Shown one piece after another: positions 15,788 to 16,417 of a stretch of 16,417 bases of DNA (within the stretch, counting starts at the first letter, position 1; every line of letters begins with the position of its first letter). The DNA lies in contig JAEOTQ010000180.1 of NCBI GenBank assembly GCA_016839785.1, forward strand, positions 1 to 16,417. Direction: 5' to 3'. The notes under the pieces are model-generated. The model ran no database searches and was not told the origin of the DNA. It worked only from the letters and a program-made list of their open reading frames with translations. Source of the stretch: Candidatus Hodarchaeota archaeon. Its GTDB lineage: Archaea > Asgardarchaeota > Heimdallarchaeia > Hodarchaeales > Hodarchaeaceae. The position numbers and the translations under genes were made by a program.

Positions 15788-16057
15788 TTAATTGACACTT
15801 TCACGGACATGAAAAAGGGAAGTTCTCATATCGGTAAAATTAGCCACTTTGCGAACAAGACCAATATTTATTAGTTTTTTAAGCGCATTCCTGACTGTTC
15901 GGTCAGAATAACTACATTTTTTTTCAATATCACCTGAGGTGAGAGGTCCATCTCGGTTTAGAATTTCGAAGATCTTTTTAGCGCTTGTTGGAACCGAATA
16001 AGCATCTATTGGTAAAATTTCAGTATTCATTCTATCTTTCAATTCTTGAGCTTGCAT
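15788..16057 (-). CDS. Small winged helix-turn-helix protein (MarR/TrmB-like)
   Basis: PTSAKKIFEILNRDGPLTSGDIEKKCSYSDRTVRNALKKL...DMR. SD-like GAGTGA precedes TTG-ATG at 16060/16057. The longer 16198 start adds only low-complexity Asn-rich sequence. Confidence 0.85.
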   Translation of the reverse strand: MQAQELKDRMNTEILPIDAYSVPTSAKKIFEILNRDGPLTSGDIEKKCSYSDRTVRNALKKLINIGLVRKVANFTDMRTSLFHVRESVN

Positions 16058-16182
16058 CAAGGTTTTTTTCACTCTTTTTTCTAGTTTATTTCCGTTTCTA
16101 ACTGTGGAAGTAGTACTGAAACAAATGTTGTTGTTTTTGTTTCTGTTGATATTGTTGTCGTTGGTGTTAATAAACATTTCGG

Positions 16183-16407
16183 TGAAAAAAGAACCCATAT
16201 TCCCTCTCTCTATCCTGTGAAATCTAGTCTGGAAAAATAGTGGAGTGGACCAAATGTCGAAACATCCGCTTTTGCTTGGCCGAACTCAATTGTGTTCAAG
16301 ACCCCGGCCCTTCAAGCATAACTTCTCGGTCTTAGAGATGCTCTTTCCCAAGCCTATCCCGTTTTGACCTTGTTTTCTTATTCTTCTCTCCAGAAGAATC
16401 TCCACTA
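16183..16407 (-). ncRNA. Putative structured leader or ncRNA upstream of the wHTH gene (may extend beyond the window)
   Basis: On the minus strand, TAGTGGAG/CTCCACTA encloses ATTCTTCT/AGAAGAAT, GGTC/GACC, GGCCG/CGGCC and GATGT-TTCG-ACATT, followed by a G-U-rich GAGAGAGGG/TTCTTTTTTC stem. Visibly higher GC than the other intergenic regions. Confidence 0.5.
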
Positions 16408-16417
16408 GAAGCCACCA

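Overview
AT-rich, gene-dense archaeal window. Its content (Rab-like GTPase, tandem Roadblock/LC7 genes, a longin-like domain, archaeal-type MptA and ArfC, AGGTGA/GGAGGT Shine-Dalgarno sites, oligo-T terminators) points to an Asgard archaeon, plausibly Heimdallarchaeia; the taxonomy is inferred. Housekeeping genes (M28 peptidase, NUDIX, RDD, MazG, mptA, arfC, tnaA, maf) flank a ~6 kb cluster (6380-12278) of eukaryote-signature-like genes. The cluster comprises a degenerate MinD/ParA-longin-winged-helix fusion, an orphan helical protein coupled to a Rab-like GTPase, a coiled-coil/wHTH protein, two Roadblock paralogues and a zinc-ribbon-Yip1 membrane protein. It is the best candidate for an undescribed small-GTPase signalling or trafficking module. 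Features absent from the ORF track are a partial secreted M28 peptidase gene (1-305), a 3-hydroxyacyl-CoA dehydrogenase pseudogene fragment (6171-6290), structured RNA on both sides of a small Elf1-like zinc-ribbon gene, and a long structured leader upstream of the last wHTH gene. No CRISPR array, tRNA, rRNA or mobile element was seen. All family calls come from motif recognition by eye, not database searches.
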